Source: a bacterium (GTDB taxonomy: Bacteria; Desulfobacterota; Anaeroferrophillalia; Anaeroferrophillales; Tharpellaceae). Taken from it: a stretch of 47,870 nucleotides of DNA. The stretch lies in assembly GCA_029932385.1 (NCBI GenBank), contig JAOZQE010000004.1, positions 1 to 47,870 of the forward strand, written 5' to 3'. The notes under the pieces are model-generated. The model made no database searches and was not told the DNA's origin. It saw only the letters and a program-made list of their open reading frames with translations. Both the position numbers and the translations under genes were made by a program. Position 1 is the first letter of the stretch, and every line of letters begins with the position of its first letter. This document shows positions 39,319 through 47,870 of this stretch, piece after piece.

Positions 39319-39897
39319 ATGAAGATTACTGCAATCTATGGCAGTCCCAGACGTCAGGGTAATACCTCCCGCTTGCTCAACTCCGCAGTTGCAGGGGCCC
39401 GCAGCGTCGGGGCTGAAGTGACGGAGATTATCCTGCGCGATCTCAAAATATCACCCTGTCTTGAAATTTATGCCTGTCGTAATGCCGGTCGATGTGCTAT
39501 TGAGGATGATTTTCAGGGTCTGGCGCAAACGTTGCTCACGGCTGACGCGACCATCCTGGCATCACCAATATTTTTCTATGCGGTCAGTGCGCAAACCAAG
39601 ATGATGATGGATCGTTGCCAGTCCTTGTGGGTGAAAAAATACTGGCTTGAAAAACAGCCGCTGGGGCAATCTGAAAATCCCAAACCCGGTCTTTTTATTG
39701 CGGTCGGGGCGAGTTGCGGCAAGAAACTGTTTGACGGAGCCAAGATGAGCGTCCGTTATTTTTTTGATACCTTCGATACCTCGCTTCGGTGCTCTCTGAC
39801 CTACTCTGGTATTGACGCAGAGGATGAGATTTTAAAACATCCGGAATATCTCGATGAGGCCCGAAGGGCCGGAGTTGAACTGGCCGAAAGCATCTGA
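39319..39897 (+). CDS. Flavodoxin-fold NAD(P)H-dependent FMN reductase / iron-sulfur flavoprotein-like protein
   Basis: MKITAIYGSPRRQGNTSRLL FMN-binding N-terminus and a Cys cluster SPCLEIYACRNAGRC. Confidence 0.65.
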   Translation: MKITAIYGSPRRQGNTSRLLNSAVAGARSVGAEVTEIILRDLKISPCLEIYACRNAGRCAIEDDFQGLAQTLLTADATILASPIFFYAVSAQTKMMMDRCQSLWVKKYWLEKQPLGQSENPKPGLFIAVGASCGKKLFDGAKMSVRYFFDTFDTSLRCSLTYSGIDAEDEILKHPEYLDEARRAGVELAESI

Positions 39898-39936
39898 AAA
39901 AGCTTGATTTTTATTTTTTAAGGAAAATAGTAATTC

Positions 39937-42108
39937 ATGATGAAGCAGTTGTCTAATTTTAGATTGGCGGTAATAATTTTTTTACTGTCGTTGCTGGCCG
40001 GTGCTCCCGCAGTTGCCGCAGTTCCCGGTATGCCCGGGGCCGGGACCGATATTGTTGATAAGAGTGTTGAGATCGAGGCACGTTACCTCTACTATGATAA
40101 GCAGGCAGATCTTTATCATGCTCAGGGTGGTGTGGTCATTCGTCAGAAGGGGATGGAACTTAAGGCTGATAAAGCGGTGCTTAATCAGGCCACCAATGAA
40201 TTTGAGGCCTGGGGTGATGTCCTGCTGCGGGATAAGACCGACTATATTGCCTGCCGCTATCTTAAATTCAACTATAAGGATCAGATCGGTTCGATCAAGG
40301 ACGGTCGTATCTTTATCAAGGAAAAGAATTACTATATTACCGGAGAACATATTGAAAAGCTGGGTCCTAATGAGTACGATGTTGAAAATGCGACCCTGAC
40401 TACCTGTGATGCCGATCGGGCCGCATGGTTGATCCGGAGCCGCAAAGTACACGTTAAAGAGGGTGGCTACGGGGTTGTTGATGATGCCGTATTTGCGGTG
40501 AAAAATGTTCCTATACTCTATCTTCCCAAAGGGATTTTCCCGATCAACACCAAACGCCAGACCGGTTTTCTTCTACCCGGCATCGGCTATTCCGATAAGG
40601 ACGGTGTGATTGTCAAAGGTGCTTTTTTCTGGGCTATTAACCGTTCCAATGATTTGACGCTCTATCCTGAGTATTACAGTGAAAGAGGGATAAAGTTCGG
40701 GGGGGAGTATCGTTATGTAATTAACGAGAGGGCGGAAGGTGATATCCGGGCCTCTTTTATCAGTGATAAGCTGGTGGATGATCATCCCGAGGATTACCAA
40801 GATGCCGATAAGGCACGCTGGTCTTTTGGGGCGCACCATTTTCAGACACTGAAAATTGGTACTACCTTAAAAACAGATATCAATCTGGTCAGCGACAATG
40901 AGTTTCTTGAGGATTTCCCGGATACTTTTTCGGGTAGTTTTATTGATGAGTTAGATAATGTTGATTCCAAAACCGAGACCTATCTGCGTTCACTGGCAAT
41001 TGCCTCCCAGAGTTGGGAGCATTATCATGTTGCTGCCGCGGGTCGTTACTATCAATCACTGGTACGAAAAAATGATGATGAAACGCTGCAGTTGTTACCG
41101 GAAATAACCATTTCCGCGTTGAATCGGCCGGTCTTCGATGCTGATTGGCTATTCTGGCGTATGGACACCGATTATGCCCACTTCTGGCGGCGTGAAGGTG
41201 AGACCGGTCATCGGTTTGATATCCATCCGCAAATCAACATGCCGCTTAAGTTCGGTGCTTTAGAAGTAATTCCATATTTTGAATTGCGTGAAACTTGGTA
41301 TGATCTCAGCGATCGTATGAATGGCCAAAGTGACGGTAGTGAATCGCGGGCAACCATGGCTGCCGGAGTCGAGCTGAAGAGTGTCACAGAAAAAGTCTAT
41401 ACCTGTGACTGGTGGGGTATGGATCGGATGCTGCATATCCTGGAACCAATGCTGGCGTATCGTTATGTGCCGGATGTTGATCAGGATGATCTGCCTGATT
41501 TTGATCAGCTCGATTATCTGCCGGAAGAAAGTAATGTAACCTGGGGGCTGGTCAGCCGTCTGGTTGGGCGTTATCCTAAATCCGCCAATATCGATCAGTA
41601 TGATTATCATGAATGGCTTAAATTCCAGATTGGTCAGGCCTACAGTTTTATCGATGTTGCCGATGGTTACCGGTTTATGGAGGATGATCAGCACGCCTCT
41701 AACTTCTTTTCTCAACTTGAGGTCCGAAGTTATGGTGGCGGTCTCTACATGAAACTTGAGAACCGTTTTGATCCGTATAATAATGCCAATGAATTGATGA
41801 CGGCACTCTTCAGTACGAGCGATCAGCGGGGTGATTTTATCTCATTGGAATATCGCTATGAGCGGGATGAGACTGAACTATGTACCGGTGTTGCCCGGCT
41901 ACCCATAACAACCTGGCTTGATATCTACGGCAGTATCCGTTACTCAATTGCTGACAGCCACATCTGGGAGACTATTTATGGTTTCAATTATCATCCCCAG
42001 TGCTGGGCGCTTGATTTCTCAGTTGATGAAGAGCGTGATCCCTATGATCTATCATTTCGTTTCATGCTCAGTCTGAATGGTCTGGGAGGACTTGGAAGTG
42101 GTGATTAG
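39937..42108 (+). CDS. lptD: LPS-assembly outer-membrane protein LptD
   Basis: Signal peptide (FLLSLLAGAPAVAA), an OstA-like N-terminal domain (ADKAVLNQATNEFEAWGDVLL) and a large beta-barrel-sized C-terminal region (GFLLPGIGYSDKDG). Confidence 0.85.
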   Translation: MMKQLSNFRLAVIIFLLSLLAGAPAVAAVPGMPGAGTDIVDKSVEIEARYLYYDKQADLYHAQGGVVIRQKGMELKADKAVLNQATNEFEAWGDVLLRDKTDYIACRYLKFNYKDQIGSIKDGRIFIKEKNYYITGEHIEKLGPNEYDVENATLTTCDADRAAWLIRSRKVHVKEGGYGVVDDAVFAVKNVPILYLPKGIFPINTKRQTGFLLPGIGYSDKDGVIVKGAFFWAINRSNDLTLYPEYYSERGIKFGGEYRYVINERAEGDIRASFISDKLVDDHPEDYQDADKARWSFGAHHFQTLKIGTTLKTDINLVSDNEFLEDFPDTFSGSFIDELDNVDSKTETYLRSLAIASQSWEHYHVAAAGRYYQSLVRKNDDETLQLLPEITISALNRPVFDADWLFWRMDTDYAHFWRREGETGHRFDIHPQINMPLKFGALEVIPYFELRETWYDLSDRMNGQSDGSESRATMAAGVELKSVTEKVYTCDWWGMDRMLHILEPMLAYRYVPDVDQDDLPDFDQLDYLPEESNVTWGLVSRLVGRYPKSANIDQYDYHEWLKFQIGQAYSFIDVADGYRFMEDDQHASNFFSQLEVRSYGGGLYMKLENRFDPYNNANELMTALFSTSDQRGDFISLEYRYERDETELCTGVARLPITTWLDIYGSIRYSIADSHIWETIYGFNYHPQCWALDFSVDEERDPYDLSFRFMLSLNGLGGLGSGD

Positions 42109-42117
42109 AGTCGTCGA

Positions 42118-42756
42118 ATGAGTCAATCTCTCTATCTGCAGGAAACTCCGTTTATTGATACCGGCAACCGGAAGCTTCGGGAACAAACCCGGGAGTTGGT
42201 GGCGGGAGTAAGCGATCTGCGTGAGCAAGTTAAAATCATCTTCTTTTTTGTGCGCGATGAGATAAAATATAATCCCTATACCTCATTTTTACGACCTGAA
42301 GATTATGTCGCCAGTGAAATTCTTCGGCGGGGAGAAGGGTTTTGTATCCCCAAAGCCTCTCTTTTTACTGCGATGATGCGTATTCTTGAAATTCCCGCCA
42401 AACTCTATTTTGCAGATATCAGAAATCACAAGGCTCCGTCAAAGCTTAAGGCGGTCATGGGTGACCTTTTTATATTCCACTGCTATTGCGGGGTTTTGAT
42501 TGAGGGCAAATGGGTGAAATTAGCTCCGACTTTTAATCGTGAGATGTTTAATTTAATTCGAGTGCAAGTAAATGATTTTGATGGTTTTCACGATGCCCTT
42601 CTGCCCCCGACCAACCTTGACGGCGAACTCTACGTTGAGTACGTCAGGGATCGAGGTGATGCCCCAGATATCCCTTTCAACGATATTGTCAATGCTTTTA
42701 ATGATTTTTACGGAAAAGATGTGACCGAAAAATGGGTTCAGAAATGTGTGTCGTAA
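42118..42756 (+). CDS. Transglutaminase-like cysteine peptidase superfamily protein
   Basis: Catalytic-Cys context RRGEGFCIPKASLFTAMMR with downstream His (FHCYCG) and Asp candidates. Confidence 0.65.
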   Translation: MSQSLYLQETPFIDTGNRKLREQTRELVAGVSDLREQVKIIFFFVRDEIKYNPYTSFLRPEDYVASEILRRGEGFCIPKASLFTAMMRILEIPAKLYFADIRNHKAPSKLKAVMGDLFIFHCYCGVLIEGKWVKLAPTFNREMFNLIRVQVNDFDGFHDALLPPTNLDGELYVEYVRDRGDAPDIPFNDIVNAFNDFYGKDVTEKWVQKCVS

Positions 42757-42824
42757 GGTTGAATTTCTAGACAATGAACCATTTGTGATGTTGTCCACCA
42801 TCTGAATTATATTTTAAGATACAA

Positions 42825-42863
42825 AATAAAAGGGCCGTGCGGTTAAGCACGGCCCTTTTATTT
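42825..42863. terminator. Bidirectional rho-independent terminator between convergent genes
   Basis: AAAATAAAAGGGCCGTGC-GGTTAA-GCACGGCCCTTTTATTT: an A-run before and a T-run after a GC-rich 10-bp stem. Confidence 0.8.
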
Positions 42864-42886
42864 GCATTCTAGAATCTAATCGAGTC

Positions 42887-43816
42887 TTATTTGTACCAGT
42901 TGTGGTCGTATTTTTCGACCAGATCTTCGATCCAGGAGTGAGAGTAGAGAACATTACCCATGAGGCACTTGATGCTGCGATAGTATGCCTGCAATTCGGT
43001 GCCCAGGCTACCGGCATCAACATCGCCACCATCCATCAGGGTTTTGGTCAGATTTTCAACGTCAATAATCTTACCCTGGCATAAGGCCATCATTTCGCTA
43101 TCGTAAGCATCAACGATTGAAGAGTAAATGCCGAGATACATCAGCATGGCCTGGTAGCCACGGTTTAAATAAGGGCGCAATTCCGTCGGGGTTCCGTTGG
43201 AGATATTGGAAAGACCGCAGGTTGATTTAGCGCCGGGAGCAAAGTCAGGGATCAAGGGCAGAAACTCCTGGAAGGAGGCAACCTGGCCGGGATCAACACA
43301 GATCGGCAGAACGATCGGATCGATAAACATACGTTCGGCCGGAATATCATATTCCAGGGCTTTACCGTAAATTTCGGCGGCACACATCCCGCGTTCATTG
43401 ACATCCCGAGGAATTCCTTCCTCACTCAACGTCAGAGCAACAAAGTTGCAGCCATATTTCTTGACCAGAGGCATACGATCATCCAAGCTCGCAGGTTGGG
43501 CTGAGATGGAGTTAACGATACATCTTTCAGGGGTTTTGGAAGCTTTAAGGCCGGCTTCAATAGCCACGGTATTGGTGCTGTCGAGGGCCAAAGGCAAATC
43601 GGAAACCTCTTCAATAGTTTTGACCAGCCAGGCCATCATCTCGTCACCGCCCTTACGAGCTGGTCCGAGGTTTAAGTCCTGGATGTCGCCGCCGGCTTCT
43701 TGCTGTTCAATTGCCATCTTCTGAATCGGTTTGGGATCACGTTCCTTGATCGCCGGTCCGATGGTTTTGGACATGATGTTAATACTTTCAGGTAATGTAA
43801 GACATGATAATGCCAT
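42887..43816 (-). CDS. acsE: Methyltetrahydrofolate:corrinoid/iron-sulfur protein Co-methyltransferase (MeTr)
   Basis: Pterin-binding motifs AIKERDPKPIQ...QEAGGDIQDLNLGPA, LDSTNTVAIEAGLK and CGLSNISNG, matching my recollection of Moorella AcsE. ATG at 43816 follows GGAGG; the track ORF has a 55-codon extension overlapping acsC. Confidence 0.8.
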   Translation of the reverse strand: MALSCLTLPESINIMSKTIGPAIKERDPKPIQKMAIEQQEAGGDIQDLNLGPARKGGDEMMAWLVKTIEEVSDLPLALDSTNTVAIEAGLKASKTPERCIVNSISAQPASLDDRMPLVKKYGCNFVALTLSEEGIPRDVNERGMCAAEIYGKALEYDIPAERMFIDPIVLPICVDPGQVASFQEFLPLIPDFAPGAKSTCGLSNISNGTPTELRPYLNRGYQAMLMYLGIYSSIVDAYDSEMMALCQGKIIDVENLTKTLMDGGDVDAGSLGTELQAYYRSIKCLMGNVLYSHSWIEDLVEKYDHNWYK

Positions 43817-43917
43817 ATTGTCCTCCGTAAAACTATGTTTGGTTGAATTGAAATGGTAAAAAAAGTGGCGTGAGAAGATCTCTCTTCCCACGTCAAATTT
43901 ACTTAAACAGTTACCTC

Positions 43918-45249
43918 TTACTGGCTTTTCAAGAAGGCCGCAATGTCGGAGGCTTCGCGGGTGCCGATAACAACTTCCCACTCAGTTCCCAACTCTTCCT
44001 GGAATTCGCCGGAGATCTGGGCAACGTAACCCGGAATGATGATCTTGTTATGACTGATCTTTTCTTTCATGCCGCTCTTTTTGACGAAAGGTGCCATGGC
44101 ATCAGCAACAAATTTACCGGCTGACCAGGCAGTCAGAACCGACATCCCTTCAACGTCCATGATCAGCAGCCAGGTCGGTACGCGACTGGCTTCAATCTCA
44201 GCAGCAACGATAAAGTAGGTCAGAGCAAAGTTGGTGGTGATGATAACCGGAGAGTCGGGACCCGGTTTGTTGATTTCGTAGATCCCTTCGTCCATAAGCA
44301 TCGGCCGCTGCGGATCGGTGTAGATGTTGAGGCGCTGTACCAGAATCGGCAACATGCGCTCTTTATCCACATCACTCATGACGATGATGCCGGCATACTT
44401 GGAAATTGCCATTGTTGCCAGCATCGCTTCCTTATACGGATCATCGGTCATGTCGCAGATAACTTCGATAGTCGGGTAACCAAGATCACGGTTTTTGGCT
44501 TTTAAAGCCGCCCGGCGAACCTGATTTTCATTGTAGAACATCGATTTCAGGTCAGTGGCACCAGTATCAAGGACGATATCTTTGACGCCGGCGTCAGCAA
44601 TTTTGCTGGTGAAGTTAGAAACATCTTCAACCGATGCGCCTTTAGCAACAACGGAGGCGCCGTTGGCTTTGGCAATTTCAGCGACTTTTGCAAAATTGTC
44701 AGCTGTAGCGGCATAGAGCAGAGCCCCTTTGCCGTTAGCAGCTTTGGCACCGGCTTCGAGAGCATCCAAGTTGTCGCTCATCAAAATCAGGCCTTTTTCG
44801 GTGGCGCCCAAAGCTTTGTTGACTAATGCTTCAAACTTGCCGGCATCGCCACTGCTGTTACGGATAGCCAGAAGATCGGCCGAGAGGGTCAGGCCAACAC
44901 GATCAAATGTAACCGTATTAAGGTTATTGATCTTGGCATCGACTTCGGCATCGTCCATTTCGTCGGTGACGAGACAGGCGATCGCAGTCGGGTTCATAAA
45001 GGTTTTTTCATGACGGTAGAAGACGAGTTCTTCACCAACTTTTTTGTCACCGATTTTGACGCCGCGGATCGGGGGTGCTGATGCTTCGCTTAAAATAGCT
45101 TTAGCTTCGTCCGAGACGTAGGGGCATTTATCGAGTTCTGCTTTACCACCGGCCAGAGCCATGGCGAAAGCCAGACAGGTCGGGCTACCACACTCTTTAC
45201 AGTTGGTCTTGGGGAGCAACTTAAAGATTTGGATTCCAGTGAGTCCCAT
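43918..45249 (-). CDS. acsC: Corrinoid iron-sulfur protein large subunit (CFeSP gamma)
   Basis: N-terminal [4Fe-4S] motif NCKECGSPTCLAFAMALAGGKAELDKCPYV, and conserved LYTDPQRP and ITTNFALTYF segments; 443 aa. Confidence 0.9.
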   Translation of the reverse strand: MGLTGIQIFKLLPKTNCKECGSPTCLAFAMALAGGKAELDKCPYVSDEAKAILSEASAPPIRGVKIGDKKVGEELVFYRHEKTFMNPTAIACLVTDEMDDAEVDAKINNLNTVTFDRVGLTLSADLLAIRNSSGDAGKFEALVNKALGATEKGLILMSDNLDALEAGAKAANGKGALLYAATADNFAKVAEIAKANGASVVAKGASVEDVSNFTSKIADAGVKDIVLDTGATDLKSMFYNENQVRRAALKAKNRDLGYPTIEVICDMTDDPYKEAMLATMAISKYAGIIVMSDVDKERMLPILVQRLNIYTDPQRPMLMDEGIYEINKPGPDSPVIITTNFALTYFIVAAEIEASRVPTWLLIMDVEGMSVLTAWSAGKFVADAMAPFVKKSGMKEKISHNKIIIPGYVAQISGEFQEELGTEWEVVIGTREASDIAAFLKSQ

Positions 45250-45323
45250 AGTAAGACTTCTCCTTTTGTGTCAGTCCCCAACATCGTGTTTCGCCACGTA
45301 CTTTAATTGTTGAGGAACACATA

Positions 45324-45460
45324 CCAATCAGGTTTTCTGGCTTCCGGATCATCTGGCTGACTCTTCCTTCCCAGGTTTCCCCAGTGGTTATATTAAGTCA
45401 GTATCCCCGGTTACAGCGGCGGGCCCGCTTCCGATTTGCACGGAATTCCCTGATTTAGCA
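45324..45460 (-). promoter_or_regulatory. Cobalamin (B12) riboswitch aptamer in the acsB-acsC intergenic region
   Basis: Minus-strand RNA: AAUCAGGGAAUUCCGUGCAAAUCGGAAGCGGGCCCGCCGCUGUAACCGGGGA...CCACUGGGGAAACCUGGGAAGG...GUCAGCCAGAUGAUCCGGAAGCCAGAAAACCUGAUU. It contains the conserved GGGAA / GUGnAAAUC / CCCGCCnCUGUAA core, the CCACUG...GGGAAGG element and a B12-box-like GCCAGAAAACCUG. AAUCAG and CUGAUU close the outer helix. Confidence 0.8.
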
Positions 45461-45495
45461 GTGTTCAGTTAAAAAAATATTTTCCGGCTTTATAA

Positions 45496-45537
45496 AATAT
45501 TCAGCTGGCTGGCTTGCGCGCCTTACAGCTGAATATT
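45496..45537 (-). terminator. Hairpin (12-bp stem AATATTCAGCTG/CAGCTGAATATT) just after the acsB stop; possible terminator or attenuator
   Basis: Read directly. On the minus strand the stem is followed by UUUAUAAAG, a U-rich but imperfect tract. Confidence 0.45.
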
Positions 45538-45562
45538 TTACTTTGCCATAACTAAAATTAAA

Positions 45563-47785
45563 TTACATCATTTCCATCAGTTGTTCCATCTCCAGGCAGG
45601 GATGGCCGGCTTCGGTCAAAAAGGCCATGATGGTCTCTTCGTCGGTGCCGTTTTCTTCGGTGGCGATCATGTCATAAAGATTCGGTACGCCAACTTCGGC
45701 GCCGCGGGCATCAATCATATCTTTGCTTGCTTCTTTCAGAACTTTAGGCAGCCAGCAGAGGCGTTTGATGCCGCCTTCAGCCGAGATGAACTTCTTACTG
45801 CCGATATAGAATTTGGAGATGCCGACAAAACCCGGAGTCTGCAAACCACCACCGACGGAGCCGGCCAGGGTCGAGAAGCCCATACCACATGGGGTTTCAC
45901 CTGAGTAGTCACGGTCAACAACCATTATGCCGTTGGCAGCAAAGAGACAAGCGGCGATCGCTTCAAAACAACCACAAGAGGTCATCGGATCGACCAGGAT
46001 TGAGTAAGCGGCGAAAGATTCGAAAGCATTACCCGAAGCCGGAATAACAAATTCGTCAACCCCTTTCCATTTACCCAGGCGTTCATCCATGATGTCACCT
46101 TTGGCGATCGGCTGGTTCGGGCCGTGCTCGTTAATCTCGTAAGAAGCCCGGCAATCAAGCCAGTTGTAGGCACCACAGAGGCCCGGACGTTCCGGAGTAA
46201 CAACACAGACATGGGTCGGAGCAAATGACTGACAGAGTGAACATGAGTAGTAAGTCTCAGTCGTTTCATCGTTCATGTCGGCAAGACGGTTGTCACGCTC
46301 AGTCCAGGTCTTACGACAAATCTCAAGATGTTTGTTAACTTCATCAGGATCAGTGAAGATAGTGACCTGAACTTTGTCAACAATAGCGCCAAACTCGTTG
46401 TGCATTTTAGCATGCAGGATGGTGCCGAAATGTTCAAATGTGAAGCCGGCTTCAACCGCTTTTTTGGAGATCCGCATCCAGACGATATCACGCTGACCGA
46501 TATGGAGTATGCCTTCAGCGCCATTCAAGAGATGATGACACTGGCGCTCCAGGATAGGCTCAAAATCTTCCTGGAATTTACGACCGGCCAACTCAATCCA
46601 GATACCGATCGGCAACAGGCCGCCCTCTTCAACATCTTTGATATTGGGACCGACAACTGTGAACTTACCATCTTCAACTTCATCCAGAGGTTTGGAGTAG
46701 GCAAATTCAAAACCAAAAGATTTCGGACCGCCAAGTTCAACGTGCATGGCATCTTTTTTGATCCGTTCACCTTCGAATGCAGGACCATAAGACATCGGAA
46801 TGTCGATTTTGGCGATCGTGATTTTAAGACCACGAACTTCGATACCCTTAGTGACGATTTCAGTCTCAGGGATGTTTGTAACAACATGCTCGTAAGTACA
46901 GACACCAGTCGGCAGAACTTCAGGGAAGTCGGTATCAGCGATGGTCGGCACGCCGAAGTTGATACAACCACAAGCGGCAGCATACTGTTCGTCACAAACT
47001 GGGCCCAGCGCCAAGATGAAAGCAAATACACGATCCTGAATGTATTTAAGGACGCCTTTGAAATCGCCCGGAGTCTGACCACCAAAGGTCAGGGCGGCGC
47101 GGACGGCAAAGCCGACGGCGTGGATGGCAGCTGAATGATCAAAACCGAAAGGTACAAGACGGGTATTCCAGCCAACCTGGGTGCCGGCTTCAGCTACCTG
47201 TTTGGCAAAAGAGGTCCCATTTTCATTATTTGAGGCCATGAAGACGTAGATACTTTTTTCCTGGAGCTCTTTAGCGATTGCGGCGGCAGCAGCAGGAGAA
47301 GAGGCGGCACCAACAACGGCAGCAAAGCCGGGAGCCGAACCATCAACAAACTCAACCCCACGTTTCCGCAGGATGATATCATCGGCAGCACCTAGCCACA
47401 TTTCAGGATCAGTATCTTCCGGATCTTCTTTGCAGTCAAGGTATGGTGAGCCTTCCACATACTTAAGGGCCTCTTCCATATCAAAAGCAAAAAGAGTCGC
47501 CATGCCTGAGTCGAGGCCAGGTCCTAGATAAGGGGTCCAGCAGTTATCAATCGGAACTTCGGCAAGTAATTCACGACACTTTTCCATGACCGGTAACATA
47601 TCACCCAGAGTTTCAACTTTCATGCCGGTGACACCGTAGATAACGGGCAGATAGTAGGCGGTATTGGGTAAAGCAACTTCTTTGTCAGCACCATACTTTG
47701 CGATGGCTGCGTTAATTTTGCCTTCGACCCGGTCAACGACTACGTTGGCTCCACGGATTCCGGCACCAATTACTTGTTTAGACAT
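45563..47785 (-). CDS. acsB: Acetyl-CoA synthase (A-cluster subunit of CODH/ACS)
   Basis: A-cluster ligands in YYSCSLCQSFAPTHVCVVTPERPGLCGA and MTSCGCFE. N-terminal NTAYYLPVIYG; 740 aa. GGAGG RBS. Confidence 0.95.
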   Translation of the reverse strand: MSKQVIGAGIRGANVVVDRVEGKINAAIAKYGADKEVALPNTAYYLPVIYGVTGMKVETLGDMLPVMEKCRELLAEVPIDNCWTPYLGPGLDSGMATLFAFDMEEALKYVEGSPYLDCKEDPEDTDPEMWLGAADDIILRKRGVEFVDGSAPGFAAVVGAASSPAAAAAIAKELQEKSIYVFMASNNENGTSFAKQVAEAGTQVGWNTRLVPFGFDHSAAIHAVGFAVRAALTFGGQTPGDFKGVLKYIQDRVFAFILALGPVCDEQYAAACGCINFGVPTIADTDFPEVLPTGVCTYEHVVTNIPETEIVTKGIEVRGLKITIAKIDIPMSYGPAFEGERIKKDAMHVELGGPKSFGFEFAYSKPLDEVEDGKFTVVGPNIKDVEEGGLLPIGIWIELAGRKFQEDFEPILERQCHHLLNGAEGILHIGQRDIVWMRISKKAVEAGFTFEHFGTILHAKMHNEFGAIVDKVQVTIFTDPDEVNKHLEICRKTWTERDNRLADMNDETTETYYSCSLCQSFAPTHVCVVTPERPGLCGAYNWLDCRASYEINEHGPNQPIAKGDIMDERLGKWKGVDEFVIPASGNAFESFAAYSILVDPMTSCGCFEAIAACLFAANGIMVVDRDYSGETPCGMGFSTLAGSVGGGLQTPGFVGISKFYIGSKKFISAEGGIKRLCWLPKVLKEASKDMIDARGAEVGVPNLYDMIATEENGTDEETIMAFLTEAGHPCLEMEQLMEMM

Positions 47786-47870
47786 ATTTTAATCCTCCAA
47801 GTGCAGACTTCTTGCCTGCTTTGTATAAGATTATTATCTGTTAAATAGGTTTCTTTCCGATTAAGCCATC

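Noticed and set aside
42887-43816. Initial call of this gene as acsD (CFeSP small subunit) from its position after acsC
   Set aside because: The sequence has the pterin-binding MeTr motifs (LDSTN, GLSNIS, DLNLGPA) and aligns in my memory with Moorella AcsE rather than AcsD. Re-called as acsE.
43817-43917. Small hairpin GAAGA-GAGA-UCUUC followed at a distance by a U7 run in the acsC-acsE spacer, considered as an internal terminator
   Set aside because: The stem is only 5 bp and the U-run is separated from it by 9 nt. This is too weak to call.
47786-47870. Possible 3' end of an upstream minus-strand gene (for example CODH acsA/cooS) at the right edge
   Set aside because: Only about 10 nt could be coding, and all three frames are ambiguous. 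That is too little sequence to support a feature.

Overview
The window reads as a chromosomal segment from a Gram-negative anaerobe. Its synteny resembles Desulfuromonadales/Geobacter-type Desulfobacterota, but that is an inference; no rRNA is present to confirm it. Gene calls come from reading the supplied translations against remembered family motifs, and RNA elements from reading both strands; nothing was computed or searched.

Layout:
- **1-1249 (-):** the 5' part of a secreted adhesin-like gene that runs off the window edge and is absent from the ORF track. A c-di-GMP-I (GEMM-I) type riboswitch with an ON-type terminator platform precedes it (about 1292-1405).
- **About 1.45-9.9 kb (-):** a strikingly AT-rich surface-polysaccharide island with Wzz-like, methyltransferase, Wzx, Wzy-like and two kinase-like proteins. 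It has no recognisable glycosyltransferase or mobility gene.
- **9.9-42.8 kb (+):** a co-directional housekeeping block: pyrE, a REC/RsbW-like regulator, apgM, pyrG, kdsA-kdsD-kdsC-lptC-lptA-lptB-rpoN-hpf-ptsN-hprK-rapZ, a complete Man-family PTS (IIA, IIB, IIC, IID), ptsH, ptsI, metK and tRNA-Ser(CGA).
- **Within that block:** a sigma-54-type promoter precedes a five-gene operon of thiolase, SDR, Dch-like hydratase, Had-like dehydrogenase and BamA/Oah ring hydrolase. This is the ring-cleavage and beta-oxidation part of anaerobic benzoyl-CoA degradation. polA, folC, a flavoprotein, lptD and a transglutaminase-like protein follow.
- **42.9-47.8 kb (-):** Wood-Ljungdahl genes acsB, acsC and acsE.

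The most interesting signals are RNA elements invisible to the ORF track. A well-formed cobalamin riboswitch lies inside the acsB-acsC intergenic gap, apparently controlling the corrinoid protein and its methyltransferase. The GEMM-I riboswitch at the left end is the second. I saw no CRISPR array, IS element, integrase or rRNA.
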